From: a virus
IMG/VR virus record: IMGVR_UViG_3300042478_002320
Coordinates: 14,884 to 78,883 of that record
Length of the DNA stretch: 64,000 nucleotides
Direction: 5' to 3' (one strand)
Shown here: piece by piece, positions 10,643-20,347 of the stretch
Layout of the letters: each line of letters opens with the position of its first letter
How positions within the stretch are numbered: the stretch's first letter is position 1
Notes under the pieces: generated by a model
What the model was told of the DNA's origin: nothing
The model's database searches: none
The model's input: only the letters and a program-made list of their open reading frames with translations
Made by a program: the position numbers and the translations under genes

Positions 10643-11515
10643 ATGGCAATCGTATACGAACATTTAAGAAATGATACCAATGAGGTGTTTTATGTAGGTA
10701 TTGGAAAAAATGACAAGAGAGCATATTCTAAATGTAATAGAAATCTGTATTGGCATAACACTGTAAATAAACATGGTTATACTATTAATATAATTCACAG
10801 AGATATCTCTTGGGAAGATGCTTGTGAAATAGAAAAAGAATTAATAGCAAAATATGGAAGAAAAAACTTAGGATTAGGCAATCTTGTTAATCGTACTGAT
10901 GGGGGGGATGGTATTTTGGGTCTTGTACATTCAGAAGAAACAAAACAGAAAATGAGTGAAGCAAAAAAGGGTGAAAAAAATTATTTGTTTGGTAAAACTC
11001 ATTCAGAAGAAACAAGACAGAAAATAAGTGAAGCACAAAAAGGTGATAAACATCATATGTTTGGTAAAACTCATTCAGAAGAAACAAGAAAGAAGTTAAG
11101 TGAAGCAAAAAAGGGTGAAAAACATTATATGTTTGGTAAAACTCGTTCAGAAGAAACAAGACAGAAAATAAGTGAATCACTAAAGGGTAAAACTCATTCA
11201 GAAGAAACAAAACAGAAAATGAGTGAAGCAAAAAAGGGTGAAAAAAATTATTTGTTTGGTAAAAATCTTTCAGAAGAAACAAGACAGAAAATAAGTGAAT
11301 CACTAAAGGGTAAAATTCATTCAGAAGAATCAATACAGAGAATGAGTGAAGCAAGAAAGGGTGAAAAAAATCATATGTTTGGTAAAACTCATTCAGAAGG
11401 AACAAGACAGAGAATGAGTGAAGCAAGAATAAAATTTTTAGGACAAAAAAGATATACCTCGGCTCTTGCAAAACCGAAGAAGAAGCAGCTAAAGCATACC
11501 AAGATGCAAAATTGA
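10643..11515 (+). CDS. GIY-YIG-like homing endonuclease with tandem NUMOD3 repeats
   Basis: VYEH..FYVGIG..KRA, E..LI..YG, LVN.TDGGDG, followed by about 9 HSEETKQKMSEA/GKTH repeats. Confidence 0.9.
   Translation: MAIVYEHLRNDTNEVFYVGIGKNDKRAYSKCNRNLYWHNTVNKHGYTINIIHRDISWEDACEIEKELIAKYGRKNLGLGNLVNRTDGGDGILGLVHSEETKQKMSEAKKGEKNYLFGKTHSEETRQKISEAQKGDKHHMFGKTHSEETRKKLSEAKKGEKHYMFGKTRSEETRQKISESLKGKTHSEETKQKMSEAKKGEKNYLFGKNLSEETRQKISESLKGKIHSEESIQRMSEARKGEKNHMFGKTHSEGTRQRMSEARIKFLGQKRYTSALAKPKKKQLKHTKMQN
10926..11430 (+). repeat. NUMOD3-coding tandem repeats
   Basis: repeated ttcagaagaaacaa(a/g)acagaaaat..gtgaa units. Confidence 0.85.
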
Positions 11516-11549
11516 TATATCATAAATAAATTGTATTATTTTTTGAAAG

Positions 11550-12098
11550 CTATAAATTCTTTACTTTACGTAAAGCACGATACAATTCTTTAGGATTATT
11601 TATATCCATTAAAACATTGTCATCATATTCATCACCAATTAATTCTCTTTTAAGAACATTTAATTCATCATCTCCCAAGTATATAAAAGTTCCAACAAAT
11701 TTATCATTTGTTTTTACATTCCAAACATAAGCACCTCCCCAATCAGCATTATTAGAAAATGGTTCTTTTTTTAAATGTTTAGATATAACTCTCATTAATT
11801 TATCTCTATTATATAATAAGTCTTCATCATCTTCAAACTCATCATATAATAATTTATTACCATTATTATCAAAAGTAGAATCATCGTTACTTAACAACCA
11901 ATTTTCTAAATCTTTGTCAATAGTATTAGTGCTTTTTTGTTTTAGATATATGTTCTCATCAGGAGTTAGACTTTGTTTACCACTCTTGGTAATTTTATCT
12001 AATAAGGTATCAACTAATTCATTATTTTCTTTTAAAATATTATGTTTTATAAAAAATTCATTTATAACTTTTTTATGTATTTGATTATAATATTTCAT
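11550..12098 (-). CDS. hypothetical protein
   Basis: 182 aa; VDTLLDKITKSGKQSLTPDE motif. Confidence 0.65.
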   Translation of the reverse strand: MKYYNQIHKKVINEFFIKHNILKENNELVDTLLDKITKSGKQSLTPDENIYLKQKSTNTIDKDLENWLLSNDDSTFDNNGNKLLYDEFEDDEDLLYNRDKLMRVISKHLKKEPFSNNADWGGAYVWNVKTNDKFVGTFIYLGDDELNVLKRELIGDEYDDNVLMDINNPKELYRALRKVKNL

Positions 12099-12123
12099 AT
12101 TAGTATATGTTTTTCATAATTAC

Positions 12124-13014
12124 CTAAACATTCCTTAGCATCTCCACCATCTTTGGATGCGGATAAATATCTGATTTATCTTTTCTCACATTAGTATGAG
12201 TTAGCATACCTCTAATTTTACCTTCCACAGCATCATTAAAGAAATCAAAAGCTATAGCGGGATCAAACTTTTTTAAAGTTTCTTTAATACCTTTAGTAAT
12301 ATCTATATTATCTCTTTCTTGAATATATTTTATTAATCTTCTACAAGATTCTATCTGTGCATCTGAATAACTGTGGTAGTATCTTGTTCCTCTAAAATTA
12401 TATCCTAAATCTGTTACATACTTAGGATCTACTTTACCACCATATACTGTAAAGAAGTCATTTCCTTTTTTTGTAAGAAATCCATAATTACATATTTCAA
12501 TACCTACAGAATGACTTTGCATAAATCTGTTTACATTTCCTAAATGAAATGCCCAATTACCTTCAGGATATGCTTGAACTATCTCTCCATTATATTTAGT
12601 ATCTCCTGTCAGAGATACTCCTCCTATGACAAATTCTGTGGCTATTCTACCTCTATCATCCCTACTCCATATATCTATAGTGTTGTATGGATTATGGGAA
12701 CCCGCTGTATGATGTAGGAAAAGATATTTCTTTTCAGTTATTTGATTTACGTATTGTTTTTTAGGAATCCAAAACTTTATGATATTTAAATCATCATTTC
12801 TATTTTCTCTTAAATCTGTGCTATAGTCATCATCCAACAATTTATTAAATAAATCAGGAGTTACTACTCCATCAGGATGCATACCTACTTTAATTTGATA
12901 GTTTTTTACAGCAGCTTCTGTCATTCTACCATAGATCCCATCTACAGGGGTTAGGTCTAATGCAATTTGTATTTTTCTTACCTCATCTCCTTTTGATCCA
13001 AAACGATAGTACAT
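12124..13014 (-). CDS. N-acetylmuramoyl-L-alanine amidase with peptidoglycan-binding domain (endolysin)
   Basis: N-terminal DGIYG..T..AVK.YQ...DGVV PG-binding domain; LHHTAG, GIEICN, LTH..VR.DKSD Amidase_2 motifs. Confidence 0.9.
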   Translation of the reverse strand: MYYRFGSKGDEVRKIQIALDLTPVDGIYGRMTEAAVKNYQIKVGMHPDGVVTPDLFNKLLDDDYSTDLRENRNDDLNIIKFWIPKKQYVNQITEKKYLFLHHTAGSHNPYNTIDIWSRDDRGRIATEFVIGGVSLTGDTKYNGEIVQAYPEGNWAFHLGNVNRFMQSHSVGIEICNYGFLTKKGNDFFTVYGGKVDPKYVTDLGYNFRGTRYYHSYSDAQIESCRRLIKYIQERDNIDITKGIKETLKKFDPAIAFDFFNDAVEGKIRGMLTHTNVRKDKSDIYPHPKMVEMLRNV

Positions 13015-13038
13015 AGTTATTGTTTTTTATTATAAATA

Positions 13039-13848
13039 TTAGAACTTACCTAAAAATTCATTACTTAGATTATTTACAGCTCCCAAAACTTTTTGATCTG
13101 CATCACTTGAAGGATTTCTTAAATCTATATTTCTAAAATCAACTCCATAAATATTGGGTATGCTATTAGCCATATCAAATAAATCAGGAGTCAGTATGGA
13201 TGAGTAGGTATCGGAATATGCATCTATCATAAAGTTTAGCATAGACGAATCTCCTTGATATACTATTGCACTCATTAAACTTATTTGTGATTTTATGACA
13301 CTGTTTAGAGAGTTCATAAAAGATGCAGCATTTATTCCTGAGTCCAAACTTTTGAATAAAAATCCTGACCATGGGGTTACTAAATAAGGTGGAGTTTTAC
13401 TTATTCGTATTCCTATTACGGTTGTTTTTTGTAGATACATGGATAGTGAAACGGCATCTACCCAAACTCTTGCTCCGTATCCAAAATTTGGGAAGAAGAA
13501 TATATTCGTCCATATACCGGGAAAGACAGTCACAATCGTAGCCAAAGGACTATCAATCACTCTCCCTGTCCAAAACAAAGTATGATCAATCGCCAATTGA
13601 CTTGACAACAAATTACTCTCCGCATTAAAATTAAATCTATTCTGTGATGAGAATACAACAGATACAGCTTCGAAGATTTTTGGAATATCAGGTCTACCAA
13701 TCAATCTACCTCCCGAAGATATATCAAAATGTAACTTGTATAAATTCTCAGCATATCTACCATGCCTACCTACTTTAACTAAATCAGCAAAATTATAAGT
13801 AGTTGGAGTATACTCAGCAATTAATTGTGCTTTGAATAAATTCCACAT
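13039..13848 (-). CDS. hypothetical protein
   Basis: 269 aa ORF. Confidence 0.65.
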   Translation of the reverse strand: MWNLFKAQLIAEYTPTTYNFADLVKVGRHGRYAENLYKLHFDISSGGRLIGRPDIPKIFEAVSVVFSSQNRFNFNAESNLLSSQLAIDHTLFWTGRVIDSPLATIVTVFPGIWTNIFFFPNFGYGARVWVDAVSLSMYLQKTTVIGIRISKTPPYLVTPWSGFLFKSLDSGINAASFMNSLNSVIKSQISLMSAIVYQGDSSMLNFMIDAYSDTYSSILTPDLFDMANSIPNIYGVDFRNIDLRNPSSDADQKVLGAVNNLSNEFLGKF

Positions 13849-13850
13849 TA

Positions 13851-14420
13851 TTAAATTTTACGAGTAACAAATTCTAACAGTTTATTTACAATTTTAATTC
13901 TATCAGATTTATCAGCTTCAAATATAACCTTTTCAAAAGCTTCTTTCATTTTAGCTTTCTTAGCTTTACTTATTTCAATAGCAGCTAATTGTTTAAGTGC
14001 TTTATCTTTAGTATCATGTGTACCCAAAACTTCATCACCTGATGAACTTAGCACTACCCAATTATTACCTTTCTTTTGTATTTTTTCAGAGATAGTCATA
14101 ATTTTATTAGTAGTCGTAAAATTAGGTTTTTTTATAATTGTCTTTGCCGTAACTCCTTTTATCTTAGTACGTGTATCTGCCATAAATGGAACATGAATAT
14201 TAGATTTTTTATCTCTTACAACTATCTCAAAGTATTTCTTTAGAAAATCTAAGAATACATTCTTTTTTTCTCCTAATTTATCAAAAAAGGTAATAATTTC
14301 ATCTTCATCTATACCTCTTTCTTTAGCTTGATCAAAGAAATGTTTTTCCATAGAAACATTAATAGGATCTAAATCTTCAGATGCTTTGTTCTTAATATTA
14401 TTTTTATTTAATTCAGCCAT
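13851..14420 (-). CDS. hypothetical protein
   Basis: 189 aa; VLGTHDTKDKALKQLAAIEISK phage motif; TATTTATA motif upstream. Confidence 0.7.
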   Translation of the reverse strand: MAELNKNNIKNKASEDLDPINVSMEKHFFDQAKERGIDEDEIITFFDKLGEKKNVFLDFLKKYFEIVVRDKKSNIHVPFMADTRTKIKGVTAKTIIKKPNFTTTNKIMTISEKIQKKGNNWVVLSSSGDEVLGTHDTKDKALKQLAAIEISKAKKAKMKEAFEKVIFEADKSDRIKIVNKLLEFVTRKI

Positions 14421-14457
14421 GGTATTTTATATATAAATAGTTTTAAATATTATTATT

Positions 14458-15114
14458 TTAAGAATGATAGGAGAAGTAGTTAGCATCTCCAAATCTTTTT
14501 GAATCTTCGTGAGTAGTCCTTGATGGATTATCTAAATCATTATATACTCTTAACCAATTTGCAGGTTCCAATTCAGATGGACTCAAGCTACTATCAATCC
14601 ACTTTATCTTATTGTTAGGAGCACAACATAAAACTCCTGTAACTTCATCAAAGAAGTAATTCTTAGTCTTATGCTCATTCCATACTTCAGATTGTGAGTA
14701 GTTTATATTCTGATTAAAATTTTGAGGATCACAAGTCCATAGATAAGTTCCTGATAGTAATTTTCCACTTCTATTAGTCATTTCTACTTTTATGTTTTTA
14801 ATAACATTGAAAGTAATTAATTGCCAATCATTACCAATACAATCCCACCAAGCTACATCAGATTGTTTTATCTCTTCAAAATCGCTATATTTGAAATCTA
14901 AGGAAGGTTTATTAAAAATGGCACATTGGTCTATCTTATCGTAAACAGCTCCCACAGAGGGGATATATGCTATGTACAGAGGGCTTCTATGAGATATAAA
15001 TCTAATTCCTATTAATACTCCAAAAATCAAATCATCTTTAGAATTATATACAGGATCTCCTGATAAATGTGATTTCCTAATATATACTTCCGTATATGGT
15101 GTATTTACTATCAT
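14458..15114 (-). CDS. hypothetical phage protein
   Basis: 218 aa ORF; WWDC and CAPNNKIKW motifs. Confidence 0.7.
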   Translation of the reverse strand: MIVNTPYTEVYIRKSHLSGDPVYNSKDDLIFGVLIGIRFISHRSPLYIAYIPSVGAVYDKIDQCAIFNKPSLDFKYSDFEEIKQSDVAWWDCIGNDWQLITFNVIKNIKVEMTNRSGKLLSGTYLWTCDPQNFNQNINYSQSEVWNEHKTKNYFFDEVTGVLCCAPNNKIKWIDSSLSPSELEPANWLRVYNDLDNPSRTTHEDSKRFGDANYFSYHS

Positions 15115-15123
15115 TTATTCTGT

Positions 15124-15840
15124 TTAGTTTAATTCAGTGTATCTAAAATTTCGAATAGTCATAGTACCTTCGTATATCTTATGGAGGATATGTTTATTGT
15201 ATAAACTATTATTAATTATGACATTCATCTTATGATTTTCAAATTTAGATAGAGTTAATTCATCATCCATAACTCGTATTAATGTATCATTTATATAGAA
15301 TTTTATGCTATCATATAGCCAAACTACTGAATATTTGTTGAAATCTGTTATTGGGTTATTAGTAATAACATTAGGTATTCTTAGGGCATTGTCTAACTTT
15401 ACTCCATTATTTCTAATATGTACATTAGTTTCTAATCTGTGTCTCTGTCCTTTTATAATTCTATTCCATAATGAAGTATTATACTTACCGTTAGCATCTG
15501 AATATCCTTCGAATACGTCTATTTCGGGAGGCCAATCAGACCAAGACCACATCCAAAATGCAGGCCAACTATATGGTAAGTCAGGTAGTTTTACTTCTAA
15601 ATCAAATTTACCATAACCAAATTGATGGGTACAGGATATTAGTCCTATACCCATCTGAGATTCTTCATCTAACTCTTCAAAATACTTAGGAGAATACTTA
15701 CTTAGTAATACTACTTCGTTATCATTGTTTTGAACTACGCAAGTTTTATCATACCAAACATAAAATTTTTCAGGATGAACAGCTCCCCACCTTTCTTCAG
15801 TAATCCATTCATATCCGCAAAATTTTATATTTTCCATCAA
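15124..15840 (-). CDS. glycoside hydrolase family 16 protein
   Basis: FGYGKF, WPAFW and EIDVFE catalytic motif. Confidence 0.88.
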   Translation of the reverse strand: MMENIKFCGYEWITEERWGAVHPEKFYVWYDKTCVVQNNDNEVVLLSKYSPKYFEELDEESQMGIGLISCTHQFGYGKFDLEVKLPDLPYSWPAFWMWSWSDWPPEIDVFEGYSDANGKYNTSLWNRIIKGQRHRLETNVHIRNNGVKLDNALRIPNVITNNPITDFNKYSVVWLYDSIKFYINDTLIRVMDDELTLSKFENHKMNVIINNSLYNKHILHKIYEGTMTIRNFRYTELN

Positions 15841-16094
15841 TCTACAAATTCTTTAGCAAAATATTGTTTTAACTCCTCTAAATCTTTTAATTTATTACGC
15901 CATTGAGCGTCTTGTGTCGAGTATGTACCATCAGAATTCTTAACTACATTATCACTTTTTCTCCATTTATCAAAATCTTTTTGAATTTTAGGTGTCCATT
16001 TTTTTATATCCTTAACCTCAGTCAGAATACCTGCTAATTGCTGCATTCGTCTAACCTCGTTTAAGGTTACTTGTAATTTTTGTATTTTTTTCAT
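15837..16094 (-). CDS. hypothetical protein, putative virion internal protein
   Basis: LNEVRRMQQLAGILTE leader; TATTTATA motif upstream. Confidence 0.65.
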   Translation of the reverse strand: MKKIQKLQVTLNEVRRMQQLAGILTEVKDIKKWTPKIQKDFDKWRKSDNVVKNSDGTYSTQDAQWRNKLKDLEELKQYFAKEFVD

Positions 16095-16122
16095 AATATT
16101 TTTGTTTTATATAAATAGTTTA

Positions 16123-16599
16123 TTAATTATAAATAATGTTATCAAATTCAGAATTTGTTGGTTTTTCATAGCTATCTATAAAGCTATCTACAACATGTAG
16201 TGGAATACTTTTACCTGTTTCCACTTCTCTCTTTTTCAATCTACGTAATAATTCAGGTTTTGGAACATTGAATACTACGGCATTCTTTGTATATACATTA
16301 GGTATTTTACTTAATATCATAGATCTTGAACGTCTATTCATATTAGTCATATCAACTACTATATCTTTATAGGATTGTATTGATTTAGCTATATGATTAT
16401 TAAGTGCTACATTTACTTTTTTTTGTAACTCTGAGTTTGCAAATGATTCTGAATAGGATAGATTATACTCTTTACGCATATCGTCTAATATGTTATCTCT
16501 TGAGATTACTATTTCATCTCCCACATTTTTTGAAACCCATGTACTCTTACCCGATGCAGGTGGGCCAACAAGGAATGTTATGGTTGGTCTTAAATTCAT
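16123..16599 (-). CDS. P-loop kinase (AAA_33, polynucleotide kinase-like)
   Basis: GPPASGKST Walker A, ISRD, VVDMTN..R. Confidence 0.85.
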   Translation of the reverse strand: MNLRPTITFLVGPPASGKSTWVSKNVGDEIVISRDNILDDMRKEYNLSYSESFANSELQKKVNVALNNHIAKSIQSYKDIVVDMTNMNRRSRSMILSKIPNVYTKNAVVFNVPKPELLRRLKKREVETGKSIPLHVVDSFIDSYEKPTNSEFDNIIYN

Positions 16600-16605
16600 A
16601 ATTAA

Positions 16606-17244
16606 TTAACTGTAATAATTTTTAAATACATCCGTTGTCAAACCATAGTCTATAATAGCTAATTGTTCTTTACCATTTACTTTGATTAATCCGTATGAGT
16701 TTATGCGTCTCATATCACTTGATGGTATATCAAAGTTTGCTATATAATCATAAACTCCACTTGTAAATTCGTTGTTCATAACTTCTTCTACTAAGTCTTG
16801 GTCAACTTTAAATTGAGGGCCTTTATTTCGATATGTTGAATCAGCTGATGTTAATACTTCTCCAAAGTCATCGAAGTCAATTCCTGTAATACGTTTAAAA
16901 TCAGATTTTTTAACTTTTTTAGCTAAAGCCATTTCTAACCAAAGGAAATTCTCATGATAATCATATACAGGAGCTACAATATCAGTTAACATATAATCAT
17001 CGCTATAATCAATTTCTACTTCATTTTGAGCTAATCCTTTCTTATTTTTTGCAAGTTTTAATACTTTTTCATTGTCTATGAAATATACAATCCTCGATGA
17101 GCCTTGTGCTATTTTTTTAAGATGTTCATCGCAGTACTTTTTCCTACTTGCAAATGATTGTAATGTTTTAAAAAATTTCATATCAAAAGATTGTGGATAA
17201 TCCTCAGATACTACACTTTCATAAATATTGGTTAATTTAATCAT
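16606..17244 (-). CDS. protein kinase-like fold protein
   Basis: IAQGSSRIVY, VLKLA..GLAQNEVE, IIDYGL. Confidence 0.6.
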   Translation of the reverse strand: MIKLTNIYESVVSEDYPQSFDMKFFKTLQSFASRKKYCDEHLKKIAQGSSRIVYFIDNEKVLKLAKNKKGLAQNEVEIDYSDDYMLTDIVAPVYDYHENFLWLEMALAKKVKKSDFKRITGIDFDDFGEVLTSADSTYRNKGPQFKVDQDLVEEVMNNEFTSGVYDYIANFDIPSSDMRRINSYGLIKVNGKEQLAIIDYGLTTDVFKNYYS

Positions 17245-17247
17245 ATG

Positions 17248-17613
17248 CTATACATTCAATCTATCTGATTCCTTTGATATTATAGAATTGCTTATAATGG
17301 AGTATAATTCTTTAAATACTTTAACTTTGTTATTATTAGGAATTTCATTTAGATACTCAGGATATTTATTAGATACTAATACTCTTCTTATCCATTTTTT
17401 TAATGGTTTTTCGTATTCTCCTGTATAAGCATCATTGTCTAATACTATTTCAGAATAAGCTTCATCTGATAGGCTATCTAAGTTTGTTTGTTTTTCTCTG
17501 AAGTCATCTCCTACTAAATATAGTTCTAAATATTTAGTTACGTCAAACCAATCTTTTCTTATATCTATTTTTTCTAAAATAAGTTTCTTAGCTAATGTAT
17601 TTAACTTAATCAT
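17248..17613 (-). CDS. hypothetical protein
   Basis: 121 aa; MIKL..ILE leader. Confidence 0.65.
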   Translation of the reverse strand: MIKLNTLAKKLILEKIDIRKDWFDVTKYLELYLVGDDFREKQTNLDSLSDEAYSEIVLDNDAYTGEYEKPLKKWIRRVLVSNKYPEYLNEIPNNNKVKVFKELYSIISNSIISKESDRLNV

Positions 17614-17866
17614 GTTCTACTCCTTTAAAATAATCATTTACTGTTGTAATATAATCAGCTGCCAAAGTTATTTTGGATTGAACCCAAGATGGTAGTTCGT
17701 CAGTGCTTTGTAGTTTTTTATAGATCTCATATGAGTTTTGTACTACACTCTTGATTTGAGATTTTGCCATTTCGGATTCGTAGTCATCTTCCAAAAAATT
17801 TGAAACATCTTCGGTATCTGTATAGAAGTTTTTTAAGTTTGAAAGTATATACTCTTCTAATTTCAT
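17606..17866 (-). CDS. hypothetical phage protein
   Basis: ESEMAKSQ...ELPSWVQSKITLAADYI motif seen in T4-like phage proteins. Confidence 0.7.
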   Translation of the reverse strand: MKLEEYILSNLKNFYTDTEDVSNFLEDDYESEMAKSQIKSVVQNSYEIYKKLQSTDELPSWVQSKITLAADYITTVNDYFKGVEHD

Positions 17867-18420
17867 ATTGTTTGTTTTTTTAATAGTTTTCTATTCTTTA
17901 AAAGTTTTAATAAATTCAATAATATAGAAATTATAGTAACAGCAGTAACTACATATTGAGCTATACCTCCTGTAAATTGCTCATCAGCTGCATTTGATGC
18001 TAAATCTTGTAAATATTGTTTTATTACATATTTTACAATTGTCATAACTTTAGTATTTCTAATACCTAATAGAAATACTACTTTATATATAACTTTATCA
18101 AGAATGTTATTAGCTTCTAAAAGCTCTATCTCATTTATATCAATATCAATGTCTTTTAATAAGTCACTTGATATTTTCTCTATCTTGCTAAAATCAATCT
18201 TGTTACTTGATAGTTCTTCATCTAACGATATTACTTTACCGAATTTACTATTTAACTTGGAAACAATATTAGGTTCATTTTGTAACAAATCATATGCAAG
18301 ACCTATAAATTTCTTATCATTTAATAGATTGTCCGTTAATTTTTCCAAACCACTCTGAACATCTGAATCTATCTTAATATTTTCAGATAATATTATTTTT
18401 GCAATATTAGATAGTTTCAT
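17863..18420 (-). CDS. hypothetical protein with C-terminal TM
   Basis: 185 aa ORF. Confidence 0.65.
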   Translation of the reverse strand: MKLSNIAKIILSENIKIDSDVQSGLEKLTDNLLNDKKFIGLAYDLLQNEPNIVSKLNSKFGKVISLDEELSSNKIDFSKIEKISSDLLKDIDIDINEIELLEANNILDKVIYKVVFLLGIRNTKVMTIVKYVIKQYLQDLASNAADEQFTGGIAQYVVTAVTIISILLNLLKLLKNRKLLKKQTI

Positions 18421-18431
18421 ATATTCAGTAT

Positions 18432-18917
18432 TTATAAAACTTTAAAAGATTTACCATTCAACATAGTATTTATGCTAATTTTAGAATTTGGATTAATTTC
18501 TTTAACTATTGAAAGCAGCAGCATTACACCACTTTTATCAGTACCTACAAATTCATAATCAGTATCTTTCCAATTATATGGATCCAAAGTATAATAATCA
18601 TTTTTGAAACTATAGACAAAAGCTCTAACCTCAGATATGTATATTGGTTTTGTTCTTAGAGATACTACTAAATCACCTTTAGGATCTAAATATAATGCTC
18701 CTACTTTATGAATTACTTTTTCATTTTCTAAAGTTTGTTTAGATCTATTTGGTCTTAATCTATTTGTTTTTATGTTGAAGTATAGATTTATTTCATCTCC
18801 CAAAAATTTATATAATTTCTTCTTAACTTCATCCTTGGTTACATTTTCTACAATACGATTGTATCCTAAGTTATTCTTAATATTTTGTAATACTGTTGTT
18901 ATAATTTTGTTGTTCAT
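18432..18917 (-). CDS. hypothetical protein
   Basis: 161 aa ORF. Confidence 0.65.
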   Translation of the reverse strand: MNNKIITTVLQNIKNNLGYNRIVENVTKDEVKKKLYKFLGDEINLYFNIKTNRLRPNRSKQTLENEKVIHKVGALYLDPKGDLVVSLRTKPIYISEVRAFVYSFKNDYYTLDPYNWKDTDYEFVGTDKSGVMLLLSIVKEINPNSKISINTMLNGKSFKVL

Positions 18918-18926
18918 ATATTTGTT

Positions 18927-19694
18927 TTAATTTTTTAATCTACCTCGTAAAGATCTACCAATACTTTTCAATCTACTTCTAAAAGATGATATTGCTTTAG
19001 CAACTCCTGATTTAGGTTTTGACGTTTGTGTAGGTTCTATTATTTTTTTAGCACTCGAAGATAATCTAAATTTAGATTCTTTTTCTTTCTTAATACTTTC
19101 TGATGTAAATGTTTTTTTCTTTTTAAGTTCTTTTATAGCTTTTTCTTTTCGTTCGTCTGAAATCTTTTTTAAGTCTATTCTTTGCTGTTCTTTCAATCTC
19201 TCTTCACGTTTCAATTCAAAAATAGTTTTAGAGTTTTCCGCAACTGACTTCGGAGTTATGAATAGAAGAGTTCTTACAAAGGTATCATCAGGGCCACCTC
19301 CATTATACTTAGGAATTGACAATGAGAAATTCTTATCTTTTAATACTTTTATGTCTCTCATCCTACTCAACATAAAAGTTCTCCAACCATGCTTCGAGAA
19401 TCCTTTTCTTGATACAGATGGTGGTTCAACATGTATTCTTATGAGTAAGTTACCTCTTTTGGATATACCTATGGCAACAGGCTTCCCTTTTACTCTTTTA
19501 CCTGCTTTAACAGGTTCTCTAACATAAGGTCTATCTGTTGGATTCCTACCTGTTCTTGGAGGAATAGTGCTGTACTTTTTAGGCCCTGAGTATAGAAATT
19601 CTATAATATTCAGATTCTGAATTGCGTCTATTATCGGAATAGCTTGTTTTGTTTTAAGTAACAACGGATCTAAACCTTTTCTATTGATAGCCAT
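18927..19694 (-). CDS. WYL-like domain protein with basic tail
   Basis: R...PVAIG, GWRTFMLSRMRDIKV. Confidence 0.6.
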   Translation of the reverse strand: MAINRKGLDPLLLKTKQAIPIIDAIQNLNIIEFLYSGPKKYSTIPPRTGRNPTDRPYVREPVKAGKRVKGKPVAIGISKRGNLLIRIHVEPPSVSRKGFSKHGWRTFMLSRMRDIKVLKDKNFSLSIPKYNGGGPDDTFVRTLLFITPKSVAENSKTIFELKREERLKEQQRIDLKKISDERKEKAIKELKKKKTFTSESIKKEKESKFRLSSSAKKIIEPTQTSKPKSGVAKAISSFRSRLKSIGRSLRGRLKN

Positions 19695-19816
19695 ATTATA
19701 TAGTATGCATTTTATAATAAATAGATATAATTTACTTAAATAAACTACATTTTATAGTAAGTAAGTAAATAATTTTAAAGGTTTTATAATAACTATCAAA
19801 AAAAATACAAGAATAA

Positions 19817-19848
19817 TTTGGATTTGTAAAAGTGTTGTATTAGTTTTG
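19817..19848 (+). promoter_or_regulatory. Bacteroidetes sigma-A promoter
   Basis: TTTG-N20-TAGTTTTG. Confidence 0.6.
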
Positions 19849-20015
19849 TATAAAATTACAGTTATATGATACAGGATAGATTGGATAGTTATAATCAAGA
19901 TCATTGTTGGCAGTATGATATTAGATTAAATAACTTTGATGATGACTTAAAAACATGTGGATTAACTAAAGACTATATCCAAAAAAAAGAGGTTCTTAAT
20001 TAAAATAAATAAACT

Positions 20016-20273
20016 ATGTTTGATTACAATGATTTAACACCAAAGCCTATATCAATTGATAGTCTAAATGATTCTTATATAGGTAAGAAAGTATTTTATA
20101 AAACCGATTGGAAAACTATAGGTGTTCCTTATGAGAAAGGCATTATAACATCTTTTAACTCAAAGTATGTATTTGTTGATTTCACAGGTAATGGACATGG
20201 AGTGGCTTGTAGAGCTCAAGATCTATTGCTAACTCCAAAAGCTCAAGATTTTGATTTACCCCAAAAACATTAA
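20016..20273 (+). CDS. small SH3-like hypothetical protein
   Basis: IGKKVFY..EKGIITSFNSKYVFVDF. Confidence 0.6.
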   Translation: MFDYNDLTPKPISIDSLNDSYIGKKVFYKTDWKTIGVPYEKGIITSFNSKYVFVDFTGNGHGVACRAQDLLLTPKAQDFDLPQKH

Positions 20274-20325
20274 CAAATTATTAACATTAGTATGTTTGTA
20301 ATGTTTGTATTATTTATTAATTTTG
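20270..20325 (+). promoter_or_regulatory. TTAACA direct-repeat operator plus Bacteroidetes promoter
   Basis: TTAACA at 20270 and 20281; TAATTTTG at 20318. Confidence 0.6.
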
Positions 20326-20347
20326 TTTTATTAAATTTCAAAAAGTT

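Noticed and set aside
10887-11471. Minus-strand 194-aa repetitive ORF
   Set aside because: Antisense shadow of the NUMOD3 repeats
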